A stretch of DNA of 64,000 nucleotides, taken from the NCBI RefSeq assembly GCF_018977255.1, contig NW_024704746.1, positions 20,956,001-21,020,000 on the forward strand. Reading direction: 5' to 3'. The position numbers and the translations under genes were made by a program. The stretch is from Callorhinchus milii (taxonomy: Eukaryota). Position 1 is the first letter of the stretch. Each line of letters starts with the position of its first letter. Under the pieces are notes generated by a model. That model ran no database searches and was not told where the DNA came from. It worked only from the letters and a program-made list of their open reading frames with translations. This document shows, in pieces, positions 12,453 through 34,810 of this stretch.

Positions 12453-13164
12453 AAAATGAAATTACTTTTTTTTTAAAAAAAGAAAAACTAGGCACCCGGC
12501 CAGAGCTGTTTCTTCGCTCGCGGTAGAGGCTCTTCCCAAAGTCCCGTCATCCCGATGTTTTGTTTTCTGCACTGCACTGAATCAACAGCTGCAACGTGCG
12601 GCGGAACGGTGATGATTGCACGTTAGAAGTCGCGTCGTGGTACTCGGTACGAGCGTTTAACTGCATATCGAGGTCCGGAGGACCACTGCGAGTGAGCGAT
12701 GGCTCTCAGTGCCGCGTTTCGCGCCCACGGGACGCGCAGCCAATTCGCTTCGCGGTGTGTACCGGGCGAAGCGCTTCGAGACGGCTGTCAACGTCACGAT
12801 CAGGCGCTCTATCAAATGCAAGGATTATTATTATTATTATTATTGTTATTGTATCCTGGGCAGAAAATAAAAATGAATGAATTGTAAATGGGGCGAAGAA
12901 GACAAGAGGAGGGTAACAGGACTTTGTGGACAGCCTGTGATTAAAGCCTGTGAGACGAGTGCGGGAACGCGCCCAATCGGGCGTGAAGCCGCCCAACCCG
13001 GCGCCCATTGGGCGGGAGCCGCGGGATTTCGACGTCGGGGACGGTTGGAGCCGCCCCTGAGCGCGCGCCGTGAGGCCACGGTTTGAACCTCGCCGGCGCC
13101 CGTCCCCCGGGCACTGCGCAGGCGCACTGGCCGCCCCCCGGTGCCTCGAGGGCGGCAATTTTTG

Positions 13165-13290
13165 AGGGAAAGAGAGAGAGAGAAGGAGAGAAAGAGGGAA
13201 AGAGAGAGAGAGAAGGAGGAGGAGGAGGAGAAGTCATCCAGAGCCACACAGAGAGGCTACCGAACAGGGAGGGAGAGAGAGAGAGAGAGT
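13165..13290. repeat. GA-rich simple repeat
   Basis: (GA)n and (GGA)n tracts. Confidence 0.85.
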
Positions 13291-13395
13291 GACGGGATGA
13301 GAGACTGTTATATGGGACCAGAGAAACACAGGGAGTAAAACATACCCACAGACAGGAGGGAAGGGGGGGGGGGGGGGCCCTGTGAGAACTGATCC

Positions 13396-13745
13396 GGTTG
13401 GGGGGAGGGGGTTGTGAGGGGGAGGGGGTTGTTAGGGTTGGGGGGAGGAGGTTGTTGGGGGAGGGGGTTGTTAGGGTTGGGGGAGGGGGTTGTTGGGGAG
13501 GGGTTGGGGGGAGGGGGTTGTTAGGGTTGGGGAGGGGTTGTTAGGGTTGGGGGAGGGGGTTGTTAGGGTTGGGGGGAGGAGGTTGTTGGGGGGAGGTTGT
13601 TGGGGGGAGGGGGTTGTTAGGGTTGGGGGGAGGGGTTGTTAGGGTTCGGGGAGGGGGTTGTTAGGGTTGGGGGGAGGGGGTTGTTAGGGGTTGGGGGTTG
13701 TTGGGGGGTTGTTTGGGTTGGGGGTTGTGTGGGGGGGGAGGGAGG
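13396..13745 (+). repeat. G-rich minisatellite, unit about GGGGGAGGGGGTTGTTAGGGTT
   Basis: Tandem 20-23 bp units; almost no C on the + strand; nine TTAGGG hexamers. Confidence 0.92.
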
Positions 13746-14552
13746 GAGAGGCTGAGACTGGACATCAATGTCACAGCCACATCACTGTTGGACCTATTGG
13801 TGTTTGAGGAGGCGATGCCGTGCGCAGAGATTAGTTGCGCTGCCGGGTTTCGCCCACGGAGCGCAGGGCCCGCTGGCTCTACGGTGTAACACGTGTTCCG
13901 TGAGGCGCTCCGAGGCGGCTCGAAGGTGCGATCAGGAGCTGCGTCAAACGCAAGGATTGTCGTCGTAATTATCGTCGTCGCTGCGGGACGCGCCGCGTTA
14001 AATGTTTGCGTGGGCGCGACCGTAATTGTTCGGTAATGATCGGGGAAAACCCAGGAGCCATCGGTCTAGAACTGCGTTCATCAAGAGATTTTACAGCCCG
14101 TGTACTAACTTCTATCAAGGTAGAAGACTTACGGGGTAATAAAATAGCTCTATAAAAATAATAGCGCTGTGGAAATATTTCCAAAAGTAGAGTTATCGTT
14201 TTACTCTGGTTTATAAAAGACGTTCTTACTTATTAAAGAAAAAAACAAACTGTAAAACAAACCAAACTGAAAGCACTCATTTAAAAAAGAGAAGAGGTGA
14301 GATAATGGCCTGAACATACATCTGGGTCAGAAGAAACATAAACTGTCGGTTTAGCAATGGAATAGAGAATGACAACTAAAATACCACAGATCAGTAGTTA
14401 TGGGCTAGAAGTTGGTTGAGAGAAAGAGATTGCAAATCAAATAGTTGATTTTTCACGGGTTAGGGTCATCGGTTGTTGAGGGGTAAAGCAAGGGTTCAAC
14501 TTAATTCATCAAATGGCACTTCTTTCCTGAAGCAGAATCATAGATACAGAAA

Positions 14553-24539
<9,987 letters not shown>

Positions 24540-25059
24540 ATGTAAATGCAGATGCCATTCCAGATCTTCAGAAATTCGACTACAAATGTAGATTGTCAAC
24601 AGGTTTTTGCTTTGTGTGGTGAAACCCTGAGATTCATTAAGGAATGTGATTGACTGCTTCGTTCACCTTGACCAAGACTTCCACTTGATATAATTTACAT
24701 ACTAAATACATTATGACTTGTACACATTCATTCATTCTTCGGAGGTGGTGCTTTTGGATCATTTCTACAGAGTAAAATATTCCCAGGAGTTCAGTGTATT
24801 GTCGTAGAACAGTAAGCACAGTGTATTATACAGAGAAGTTACATGAACTTCAGAATGAATGGAAGATAATTCACTCGTGAATGAAACCATGTTGTACAGC
24901 AGTGAGAATTGTGCAATAAGTGCTTCTAATGGGCAGACACACCAATGCATACGGATGGATATTTGAAATATCATTATTCAAGTGACTTCCCCTTCTACTA
25001 CCCTCATTGTTCCACTTAAAAAGGTTTTTTGTATAGTTATCATGAGGGGCGGGTTCTCT

Positions 25060-25380
25060 CCAATTTGCTTTCCTCTTCTGAAGTTGACTTCAGTCACAGA
25101 CGTAACATAGTCAGTGTCAGTAAACTGTTTGACTGGGGGCATCACAGCTGAGCTTGATCCTGTCCTTGCTTGATTTTATAGCAAGGATCATTGGATAATG
25201 ATCAAGAATAGTCACTTGACGAATTATTTTTTCTCCCCACCTCAGGGCATTGAGTCCAACTGTAATGCCACTATCACTGCTCTGGGTCAGATCAAATCAG
25301 GAGTCAAACTTGCAATATCCCAAGTCTATGTGATTGAGTTTTACTCCAGGCAGTGCCTTCACCAACTAAACCATTGCAGA
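25060..25380 (-). mobile_element. Ancient tRNA-derived SINE relic (AmnSINE2-like, family uncertain)
   Basis: Minus strand reads ...GGACAGGATCAAGCTCAGCTGTGATGCCCCCAGTCAAACAGTTTACTGACACTGAC..., matching a remembered ancient vertebrate SINE consensus. Confidence 0.45.
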
Positions 25381-26340
25381 GATGTTGGTATAATTTTTTT
25401 TCTATGCACCTTTAAGACAGATTTTAGTCATACTTTGTACAAACATTTAGTGTGTTCATTTCAAATGTTATTATGTGAACCACAAGATCTTTATTATTAA
25501 ATATTCCCCACCATCTTATGGATTGGATTTCACTTTTACTTCTTCAGTTCGCCCTTTCAACTTTTAGCTTCCAAAACACAGGAACAGTAAACTCACAATT
25601 TAAACAAATAGTTGCTACAGTTTATTATCAATATTTATTTACAAAAAGTAACAATGGTAATGTTTGGCATAATAGGATCAAAGTGAAATGTATCAATTGG
25701 TAATTTACCAGTTTAAGATCAGTCTTTACAGCAGACTGTAGGTTGAAAGTCCTTCATAAAAACACAACTAAAAATGCTTGTTTTTCATCTTCACAATGTT
25801 TCACAGGAGTTATATCTGACCAGAAAACTCTCTTTCTCAAATGGAACTGTGTATTGAGATATCAGAATATCCATTTCAGTGGAGAACTTTCCTGTAATCT
25901 GAACCTTTGAATGTTTGGTTTGCCAAATTTTCTTTGCTCCTCTCCTGAAGGCAATAAGTTCTGCTGGAAGCAGGTTTCACAAGGGCCGGTAGCACTTTGT
26001 TGCCTTTCAAGTGTGAGATTGAGTAGTACTTTTCAGTAAAATAGATGACGTGGACAAGTCTGATCCTGTTCTCAAGGCCACGCACTCTTTCCAGCAAAGT
26101 TCAATCAATCGACAGTGATTTGGAATACCGGCTGATGTTTTTCCTTTTCCATAAAATGGTAAGCTTTCATATATTTACAATTAAAGGGTATCTGGCAAAT
26201 GGATAGGATTTTTAAATAATAAAAAGTCCATGTTTGGGATTCCTTTAAAACAATCGGCTTTTATAAGGCTTTTTTATTCCATTTGTAATTTGCTGAACAC
26301 TAGGCCGCTGGATTTGTTTCTTCCTCCATCCTGGAAATAT

Positions 26341-29300
26341 CTACATCATACTGACATGGTCAGCAAAGGCTTGTAATGGGTCAGTGAAGTACTGCGCTGT
26401 GATCACGTGACACTTGTTTTGTAAGAGTTCAAGTGCCTTTTGGGCAAGTGCAGAATCTTTGAAGAATAGGTTCTCACTGACATTTAGTTCTTTCAGCTTC
26501 AGCTCCAGCTCACTGCCTGATTCAGAGCTCAGCAAGAGCTTTGCAAACGCAAGCAGTCCATCTCCTCCAATACAGTTTGCACTTTGAAAATAAAACAGGA
26601 AAAGCTTCAGATATCATATATAATAATAATCCTTGCATTTGACACAGCGCCTTATCACGTCTTTGAGACGTCTCACAGCACTTCGCAGAATATACTGTCA
26701 AGTGAATTGATTGTATCTTGTGGGCGAATATTTTGTATACTCGACTTCTGGGATGTGATAATGAATTTATGCCATAAAATTTTGAAGCATCTCTCTTGAG
26801 AATTACTGCTAAAGTATAAAATCCTACTTTGGTGATATAATCCCAAATTGAGTACTTTTTGTGATTACAAATAATGATTTTTACTAGGCAGGATTAATAA
26901 TTAAATAGTGCCATCTGTGTCACATGATAAATACCTAGAAAAGTATTTCTAAGTATATTTTACAATGTTGGTTACCTCACATTCAGGCAGGAGATACACG
27001 ATAAAGAATCCTGAGAGAAGACTTTTGCGAGGGACAGCAAACCTTTGTTGCCTGGTAACAGGAAGAAGTGATGTAAGTACAGTAAGTACAGAACGTTAAA
27101 AAAAACATTAGTCACATTGTAATAGTAATGGAGGGGTTAAAATAATTGGGTATACAACAACAACAAAATTATATTTGTAGAGTGCCTTTCATGTCAGGAG
27201 GATGTCCCAAGGCGCTGGACAGACAGTTACGGAACTGGGGGTGGGAGGAGGGGAAGCAGGGAGATCTGTCAACACAGCAGTGGTCCTGGAATCGAGGGTG
27301 GAGGCAGAGAGGTAGACTTGGATGTTATCTGCATACATGTGGAAGTTGACCCCATGTCTGCGGATGATGTCACCAAGAGGGAGCATAGATGTTGAAGAGG
27401 AGGGGACCAAGGACAGAGCCCTGAGGAACGCCGCACAAGACAGTGTGAGGGCTAGAGAAGCCGTTTGAGGAGATGAAGTGCCGGTGGTGTGAGAGGTACC
27501 GTCTGAACCAATCAAGGACAGCGCCATGAAGGTTGAGGTGAGAGGAGAGGCAGTGGATGAGGATAGAATGGTCGACGATCGAAAGCAGCAGAGAGGACAA
27601 GGAGGACGAGGGAGCCCTGCTTGCAGATGGTCCATCTGCGAGAAGGGATTGGCGGGAGAGGAAGGAGTGAAGCTGAGAAGCAACAACTCGTTCCAGGACC
27701 TTGGAAAGGAAGGGGAGGTTGGAGATGGAGTGGTAGTTAGAGTTAGGGAGTAGAGAATGGTCCAGGGAGGGCTTTTCAAAGATAGGAGTGATGACAGCGT
27801 TTTTTAAAGGGGTGGGAACAGTATCAGAGGACAGGGAGAGGTTAATGTCAGTGAGTAGAGGGGCAAGGAGGTGGAGCTGGGAGGGGGGGTAGGGATGGGG
27901 TCGAGGGAGCAGGTGGTGAGTTTCATACGGACCCACTTGCATTTATATACCAACCTAATCGATTCGCTGGTAAAGATAGAGATGTCAGTGACTGGTTTTG
28001 CTTTAGCACACTGATAATTTTGGGTAGAGTTTCTGCTGGATGCCTTTCAAACAAACGACAATTATCCAATGTTAAACCTGTGAACGTAATGTGAAAAAGT
28101 TTATTTGACCAGTGCTATACGTTGGAACTGCGTGGTTCCACATCACACTGGCACATTATAGTAATTTCACTGGTGTAGTATAGCCAACACTAGATGCCAT
28201 AAAAATGTAAATTTGTATAGTACTACACTACTCTGGTATTGTTGTAATATTACACTATTGTTCTTCCAAAGGGTCTGTTATGGAGGGATAGAATACAGAT
28301 TAAATTTCCTGATCTGTGCCTGGTTAATTTAAGTGTGTGGCAGAGGAAATTAGGTTGATCATTTTATCACTGATGTTGTTGCAAACGTATGTAAGCTGCT
28401 ACTGACGTGATAAAGTAACTCCGTCACTTGTTCGGTCTCACCTTTGAGAGGGGCGGTCCGCATAAGATCCAGAACATCCGTCAAGCAAACTGTGAGGTTC
28501 ACATCTTGAATGGTGAGCGATTCTAATGTAGAAAGGTGGTCTAAGAGAGAAAATGATTGTATTTACAATTCACTTTTCATTAGCTTACAAGCACCTCAAC
28601 AACAACTTGCATTTATATAGCGCCCTTCACGCATGGTAGCGCTTGACACTGGCAGAGTCTTGCCGACGAGCCGGGAGAGTGAGGGGGGAAGTGACCGTAA
28701 CCACAATCAAAAAAAAAAGTCTTTAGCCGGAATTTGAAGATGGCATCTGAATTACCTCCACATATCCGTCTCTTTGTCTCCTCCACACTCTTTTCCCCTC
28801 CCCCCCGATCATCTCTGTTTGATATTTCTCCTTCCAGATGAGGAATTCATTGGTTAGAAAGTCATACTTTCAATGACTTGAATATTTTCTAGTTATGCAG
28901 CCTGCAGCTCCATATCAGCAGCAGCAGACATTATATTATATTGCTAAGCTGTCACAAAACTAACTTGTGCACTTTTAATAGGTTAGCTAATCACTATTAC
29001 AGTTCCCAGGTGTTATTTAAATTGAAGCACTGTGAAGTTCTTTTGTAGCTTGTGAGTTATTAGACTTCTTTTGGGAAAAAATCAGTAACTTAGCCATCAA
29101 CTCATCCATTAGTTTTATAAACGCTGCATTTACAGAACTTCTCCCCCAAGGCCCCACATGACTCCATCTGTTGAAGGGTAGAATGAAGCAGTGTGCTGGA
29201 ATGACCCAGATAAGGACAGCAATTTGTGGTACATTTATCTATTCAGTGGTACTGGTGCCATTGAATGTGTTAAGTTTAACTTTTACAGCTATTCTGGGTC

Positions 29301-32300
29301 ATCTGTAACAAACCCTTTCTGGTACCAGACCTTCACCTCATGTCTAGGCTCTGTAATTGTGGAAATAAATTACATTAACCAGACTTGTCTGGATCAGTCT
29401 CTAATGTACATTATTACATACCTGTGATTGTCAGCAGCAATTTACTGAGGTCCTCAGGAGATTTGAACGATGCCCTGCGCAGGCAGAGGTGTTTAAGGGA
29501 CTTTAATTTTCTTAAGACAGGCAAGAGGTGGTCCACCTGCAGAGTCTTGCTTGTGCAATTAAGACTAAAATCTTCCAAACAGCAAACTGAAACACACAGA
29601 ATTCAATAATTCTAAAATATTAATAAGCTTTAACATAGGTTGTGAATTGTCCTTGGTTGAAGACTTGGGAGTAATTGTGTAAGCAAGGACTAACCATTGA
29701 CTGGAAATAGTTAATTGCATTTACTGGAACTTCATGCCTTAATGAAGTCAGTTGAAGTCAACTGTTAATATTATAGCTAATGGGATTTTATATTCCGCCA
29801 GACAGCAGCTGTAGGTTCCTGGCCATTAGCAGTAAAACTTCCAATTTTCCATATAGCCTGTGGGAAAGCAACTAACACGATAAAACTCACTGTAGCATTT
29901 GTCCCTCTGTCTGACCTGAAGAAACATTAGGGAAAGACTGCACGAGCTGGATTACAGAATAGTTTATTTAATAATTTAAATGTAACCACACTCATCAAGA
30001 ACGGATGGTAGATTAAATTTAAATTTGAGAAACGGCAGCATTAACCCCAAGTATGGGGGGGGGGGGTTTGTAAACAATCATTAGGCGCATGGGGTCCAGC
30101 CGGTCTTCTATCCCCCTGCACCCCCCAAACCTTTAAGGAATGTCACATCTCTGGTTGACATTTGAAGGTGGTCACTGTGTGACCTTTCATAACCAAAATA
30201 CAACAATTTCTCTGTATCCCGGTCTATTTGTCCCTTTTAGCCATTGAGACTAGACCACTGATTANTTTTTTAAAAGAATTGTAATGACTGACCTGTCATC
30301 TCTGCCCTGGTCATCAACATCTCATCTTCCAGAGGCTCGTTTTCTACCTCCAGTAGGAAGTCTATGTGGAGCTTGTGCAGTGCGGGGAAGGTACTAAGTA
30401 TGAATTTCACCAGCTTCACCACGGGAAGGTGAAGGACATGATCCGCTAGTACAAGAGTGGAGAGGCTACTGTCACGGCAGCGTGAGAGGGCACAGAGTTC
30501 TTTTAGAACCAGAAAGATGGCACGACCCAAGCCTAAAAAGAGAGAAGATAATAGCATGACGTACAGTCTCCATTTTACAAAGAAAATCTGCATTTTATAT
30601 AGGCCTGTGATGCTGCTTGTGCAACATGATTCCTTGTGTGGTTTTGTGGACAGGCCACAAAAATGTTCAATACCAATTTATAACATGTTGACAATTGTTC
30701 TATAAAAAAAATATTTATTTGACAACATTCAAAGAAAAGGAAGTAATTGAAGCTTCAGTACAAACCCTCTATTCGTTCCCCCCACCATTTTTTTAATATA
30801 TACTATGTCTGAACTTTGTCATTACAGTTGCTTTTTTGTTTGGATTTGAAGAGCTCTTAAAGTTTCTCCCAATCGCCACAGTGAAGTCTGAGACTGCTAG
30901 ATAGAGGCATCCCCAAAAAGATGAATACATTCCTAATCACAGTTTTAATTGTGGAAAAACTATACTCACTACTAATCTCACATACTAACCATTATATTCC
31001 AAAACTAGTTTCTGAAGCGATACCCATGAGCGGAGCAATTTGCATAACACCAATGAAGAAGTGTAGGACAATGGTATTGATGTAATTTCCAACACTGATA
31101 CGTTCCTCAAATGGAGCTCGAAAGTGTGGTTGAGGAGTGATTCACTACCAAATAAATCATTGTTGTTCAAACAGTTTGAAATGTTCTTAGTTTGGTTTTC
31201 ATCGGTACACGAAAGGTTCTTCTCAGTGTCAGATTCACTGCCATCCATCATGAAAATATAATCATAGAGGTCATCTGCCTTTTCATTTGTTTCAGTTTGA
31301 GAAGCATTCCTCGATTCTTCAGACACCTCATCATGCATATCAGTAAGCCTTTTTGAAGATGGCAACAGACAACCAAAAGCATAATTATGTGCTTTATAAC
31401 AATCAGACTTTCCCATAACTCTACCATTTCCCTCCAAAGATATATTTTCAGAAGTTACACTTTGCGAATTTAGAGGTGATAGATTCTCTGAAGACTCCTT
31501 AGTACTCGGAGACATGCATTTATCTGTATCACACTGGCTTTCAGTATCAATGAATGTACAGTCAGATGATGTGTAGCATGCCTGTTGATACTGTGAGTCC
31601 AATATGTTTCTCTGAATTGTTGGATCCATTTCTTCAGTGTTCACTTTTAATCTGTACTTTTCACAAGAACCCGCTCTCAGACACTCTTCCTTCTCACACA
31701 AATTCCCTGCACTCATCCTCAATATCAGAGTCAGCAATTCAGGATGTGGCTCATTCCAGTGTGATAAAATTACCTCCCTCACAACTCCATAATGAATAAG
31801 TCTATGAAGTAAAGTCAGCAAAGAGTGTTGTAATGTTTGGTCCACGGACCGCAGATGTTGAAACACCAGTTTTTGCACCGTGCTGGTCAAAGGACCACAG
31901 ATGTTTGGATTATTGATGATTTCTTTCACTCCTTGCAGCTTATTCCGTATAACTAGCTTATTTACGTGTTGGCAACCAAGAACCAAGGCAGAAGAGCGAG
32001 AGTTATTTAAACGTTTATCATCTGAGATATCCAATGTTCCCCACAAGATACAGTGGAAGAATGTTTGTAGGAATTTTTGCCTCCAGTTGAAAGGTTTCTG
32101 TAGCAATTGGAGAAAAGGAAAGAATGATCAGTAAACAGAGCAGACTTAAAACCTTGCCAGGCATCCTGTGTCAGGTAGGAACCAAACAGTCCCTCAAAGT
32201 CGTATGCCGTTACCCAGCCATGAGAATGAGTAACCAACTTGCTCCTAAAGCCTCTGCCCTTTCTCTGGATGAAACAGAGTGGACTCTTTGCACGTGGGGA

Positions 32301-34357
32301 GAAGATGTTGGTGGTGGTGGAATTTACCACTTACTGGTTGCACTGAAAGCAATGCTATTTTCTGAATGCGTCAATAGAACAACAACAACAAAATTACATT
32401 TGTAAAGCTTTCACGTCAGGAGGACGTCCCAAGGTGTGCTGGACAGAGAGAGTTATGGATACAGAAATGTGCTGGACAGAGAGAGTTATGGATACAGAAA
32501 TACACCCTGAAAGATTATCATAGAACCAAGAGATAGAGAATATAGCCCACCTTTCTAACTTTAGGGTTTGTCCCTATTACTTTCTTCCAAAGTTGTAGCC
32601 AAAGGGTCTGAGTTGAAACACCTAAAATAAAAAAAATAAATAAAAAACTTTGGAGTCATAGAAAGGTGAATTTCAGGATGTAGGATACACATCTACCACT
32701 TGTGAATTTACTGTATGTTTAATTCTATTTACAGTTTTTTTTGCTAAAGTTTTACCATTATGCAAATTATTTCAAACAGCAGTTATCTCTGTCAACACAT
32801 AAATACACATAATTATAGAACGATAATATGAATACTTATTTCTGACTCCTGGCTTACACTTGTGTGCATCATTTGGAAACAGTGATTAATTACAGGGTTG
32901 ATTAAAATGCCAAATGCCCAACACATACTGGCTGAGCGTGTTATGAAAACAATGGAAGGAGACAGTGGCATAATTGAATAAGTTATATATTTAACGTTAA
33001 GTGTTTTTTTTCCTCGTTATAACTATCGTATTTTAAAACACAGAATCAAGATATCGAATTGCAGCTTTATAGCTACTGATGAAAATATATTGATTTATGA
33101 AATGTTTATACGCTTCCAAGACCCTGACGTGTGATGTAATTCCTTGAATAATCCAAATCTCCGCCACCCCCCCCCCCCCCCATCCCCATCACACACAACA
33201 GACTAACTTGCCATCCTTTCCGTGATTTTCAGCACAGTGACTTACCTTTCTTCACCGCTGCCCCCTCGATCCTCTCCAAGTCATAAATAGTGAGGAACGG
33301 CAGCAGTTGTTGGAGAACAGTCGTGGGCAAATCTGCTTCCAAAACAGCATTTTTTTAAAAATTAGAAATACAGTACTGGATTGCAGAATAACCGGGTCAA
33401 CCTCGCCCTCGATTCCTTGCCTTTGAAATACACGGCGACCGCAGCGTAACGCACACATCCCTGTGCGAAATACTTCCGAGACGTCCTCCTGACGTGAAAA
33501 AGGCGGTGTATTCAAACGTAAGGGATCGTGACGACCTTCAACGCGTGCGGTGAGACCTCACCGCCTCTCACAAAACCGCGCTCGTCAAGAGACGTCTCAG
33601 AGACGCTCCGCTCCCCCCGCGCGGAGGGGGCTGCGTACAGTGCAAGTTGTTGTTGCTGTTGTTGTTGTAATGTAATCCCGCCAACGAAATTGGTTGCTCG
33701 CTCCGTGGCAGTTTGCGGGACGTTGGTCGCTGCGTTTCACCCTCCTCTCCCCCGCCCCTCCCCTCTCCCCTGCCCCCCCTCTCCCCCATTCAATCCATTT
33801 TACAGTATATCTGACGAAGCGCTCGAAGACGTCCCGATAACAACAACAACAACAACAACAAGATTCCATTTATTGAGCGCCTTTCACGTCGGGGGAGGAC
33901 GTCCCAGGGCGCCTGTGTACGGCAAACGCAACCGTTCCCAAAGCCGAGCTCCGGTGGTCCTCGGCCGCCCGGAGACGACAAGAGAAGAGGACCGTGTGTT
34001 CCCCTCCGGGGTGGGGGGTGGTGGGGACGCCTCACGGGGCGGGCCCGGGCCCCGGGGGTACGCGGCGGGGGGCGGGGTGGGGGGTGGTGGGGACGCCTCA
34101 CGCCCCCGGGCCCGGGCCCCCGGGGGGCGCGGGGCGATCCGGGCGGACGGCGCTGCCCCGAGAAGGCGCCGCTGGGGAGGAAAAGGAAGGCACGAGTGGC
34201 GTCTCGTCCCCGCGAGCAGTGCCCCCCCTCAACCCCCAACCGTACCCCACACCTCCTGCTCCAGCCTCGACATGTTCTTGCCCACAGTCCTTGCACAGCT
34301 CGCGAATAAGGTCGGGACGTGTGGGGATGCCTCCTCCCGGCTGCCCCCCCTCGCCAT
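26341..34357 (-). CDS. LRRC41: Leucine-rich repeat-containing protein 41 (MUF1, Elongin BC-binding; 10 coding exons, 773 aa)
   Basis: Minus-strand exons 34357-34246, 33332-33246, 32621-32551, 32097-30990, 30532-30293, 29586-29422, 28540-28442, 28077-27955, 27051-26976, 26581-26341 (2322 nt, all GT-AG). Kozak GCCGCCATGG; BC-box-like PTLFASCARTV; WRQKFLQTFFH; LRR motifs such as LSLPANRLGNKGLLSLA; C-terminus QAFADHVSMM. Tail-to-tail with RAD54L, as in human. Confidence 0.93.
27150..27940 (-). mobile_element. L2-clade LINE fragment, internally deleted and frameshifted
   Basis: RT motifs across frames: NYHSISNLPFLSKVLERVV, GVPQGSVLGPLLFNIY, FHMYADNIQVYLS; (GTT)n tail at about 27153. Confidence 0.88.
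32436..32501. repeat. 33-bp perfect tandem duplication
   Basis: GTGCTGGACAGAGAGAGTTATGGATACAGAAAT x2. Confidence 0.9.
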
Positions 34358-34810
34358 GGCGGCCGTGTGGTCGCTGGGCCGGAGGAGGCCCTCGGCTCCA
34401 GACTGACCCCACCACACCACCGCTTGCCCACCCGCTGCGCAGGCGCACGACCGGGACCGGAAGAAGCGCCTTCCGAGCCGCCATCTTGAGAAGGTCGGTT
34501 TCCCATTGGTCCGCCATCCTCATGAGGTCAAATGGGAAAGATTGCTCCGGTCCCTCCGCCCTCCGCCCGCCCTGAAATTGGCTTCAACTCTGGTTCTCCT
34601 CGGCCTTCAGAAGCTCAAAGGTCAAACCGCCTCCTCGATCGCTATCTGGTTATAAATATTCAGCTTTGGAGATGGGGAGGTGGGGGGAAGAAGAGATAAG
34701 GGTTGGGTCCGGAACGTTTGTCCCCGGGGTCTGTTTCCTCCCCCGGACCCGACAGGACCGGACCGGGGGAGGAGGGGGACGGGGCGGGGATGTGGACAGG
34801 GGATGATAAG
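34358..34810. promoter_or_regulatory. Bidirectional CpG-island promoter shared by LRRC41 and ATPAF1
   Basis: Divergent ATGs about 450 bp apart in a CpG island spanning about 33400-35350. NRF1 motif 34436-34447, ETS/GABP CCGGAAG 34457-34463, YY1 GCCGCCATCTTG 34477-34488. Confidence 0.85.

Larger units (their letters stand above)
12500..14050 (+). promoter_or_regulatory. RAD54L CpG-island promoter region
   Basis: CpG-dense; E2F-like GCGGGA at 12961 and near 13012; CCAAT 12973 and ATTGG 13007; TTTGAA 13082-13087; NRF1-type TGCGCAGGCGCA 13115-13126. Confidence 0.75.

Noticed and set aside
13396-13745. True interstitial telomere or fusion scar
   Set aside because: The TTAGGG hexamers are single, sit inside a longer unit, are never tandem, and there is no inverted CCCTAA block.
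27370-27942. 190-aa reverse transcriptase ORF as an active element or domesticated gene
   Set aside because: Internally deleted, frameshifted before the YADD-type motif (here YADN), and no endonuclease domain.
30265-30265. Single N base
   Set aside because: Assembly ambiguity beside an intronic T run; no coding effect.
33528-34575. Long ORFs (292, 238, 193 aa) in the LRRC41/ATPAF1 island; similar ORFs at 12706-13338 and 63221-63810
   Set aside because: Stop-poor GC-rich sequence giving low-complexity G/P/R peptides; the real exons there are explained.
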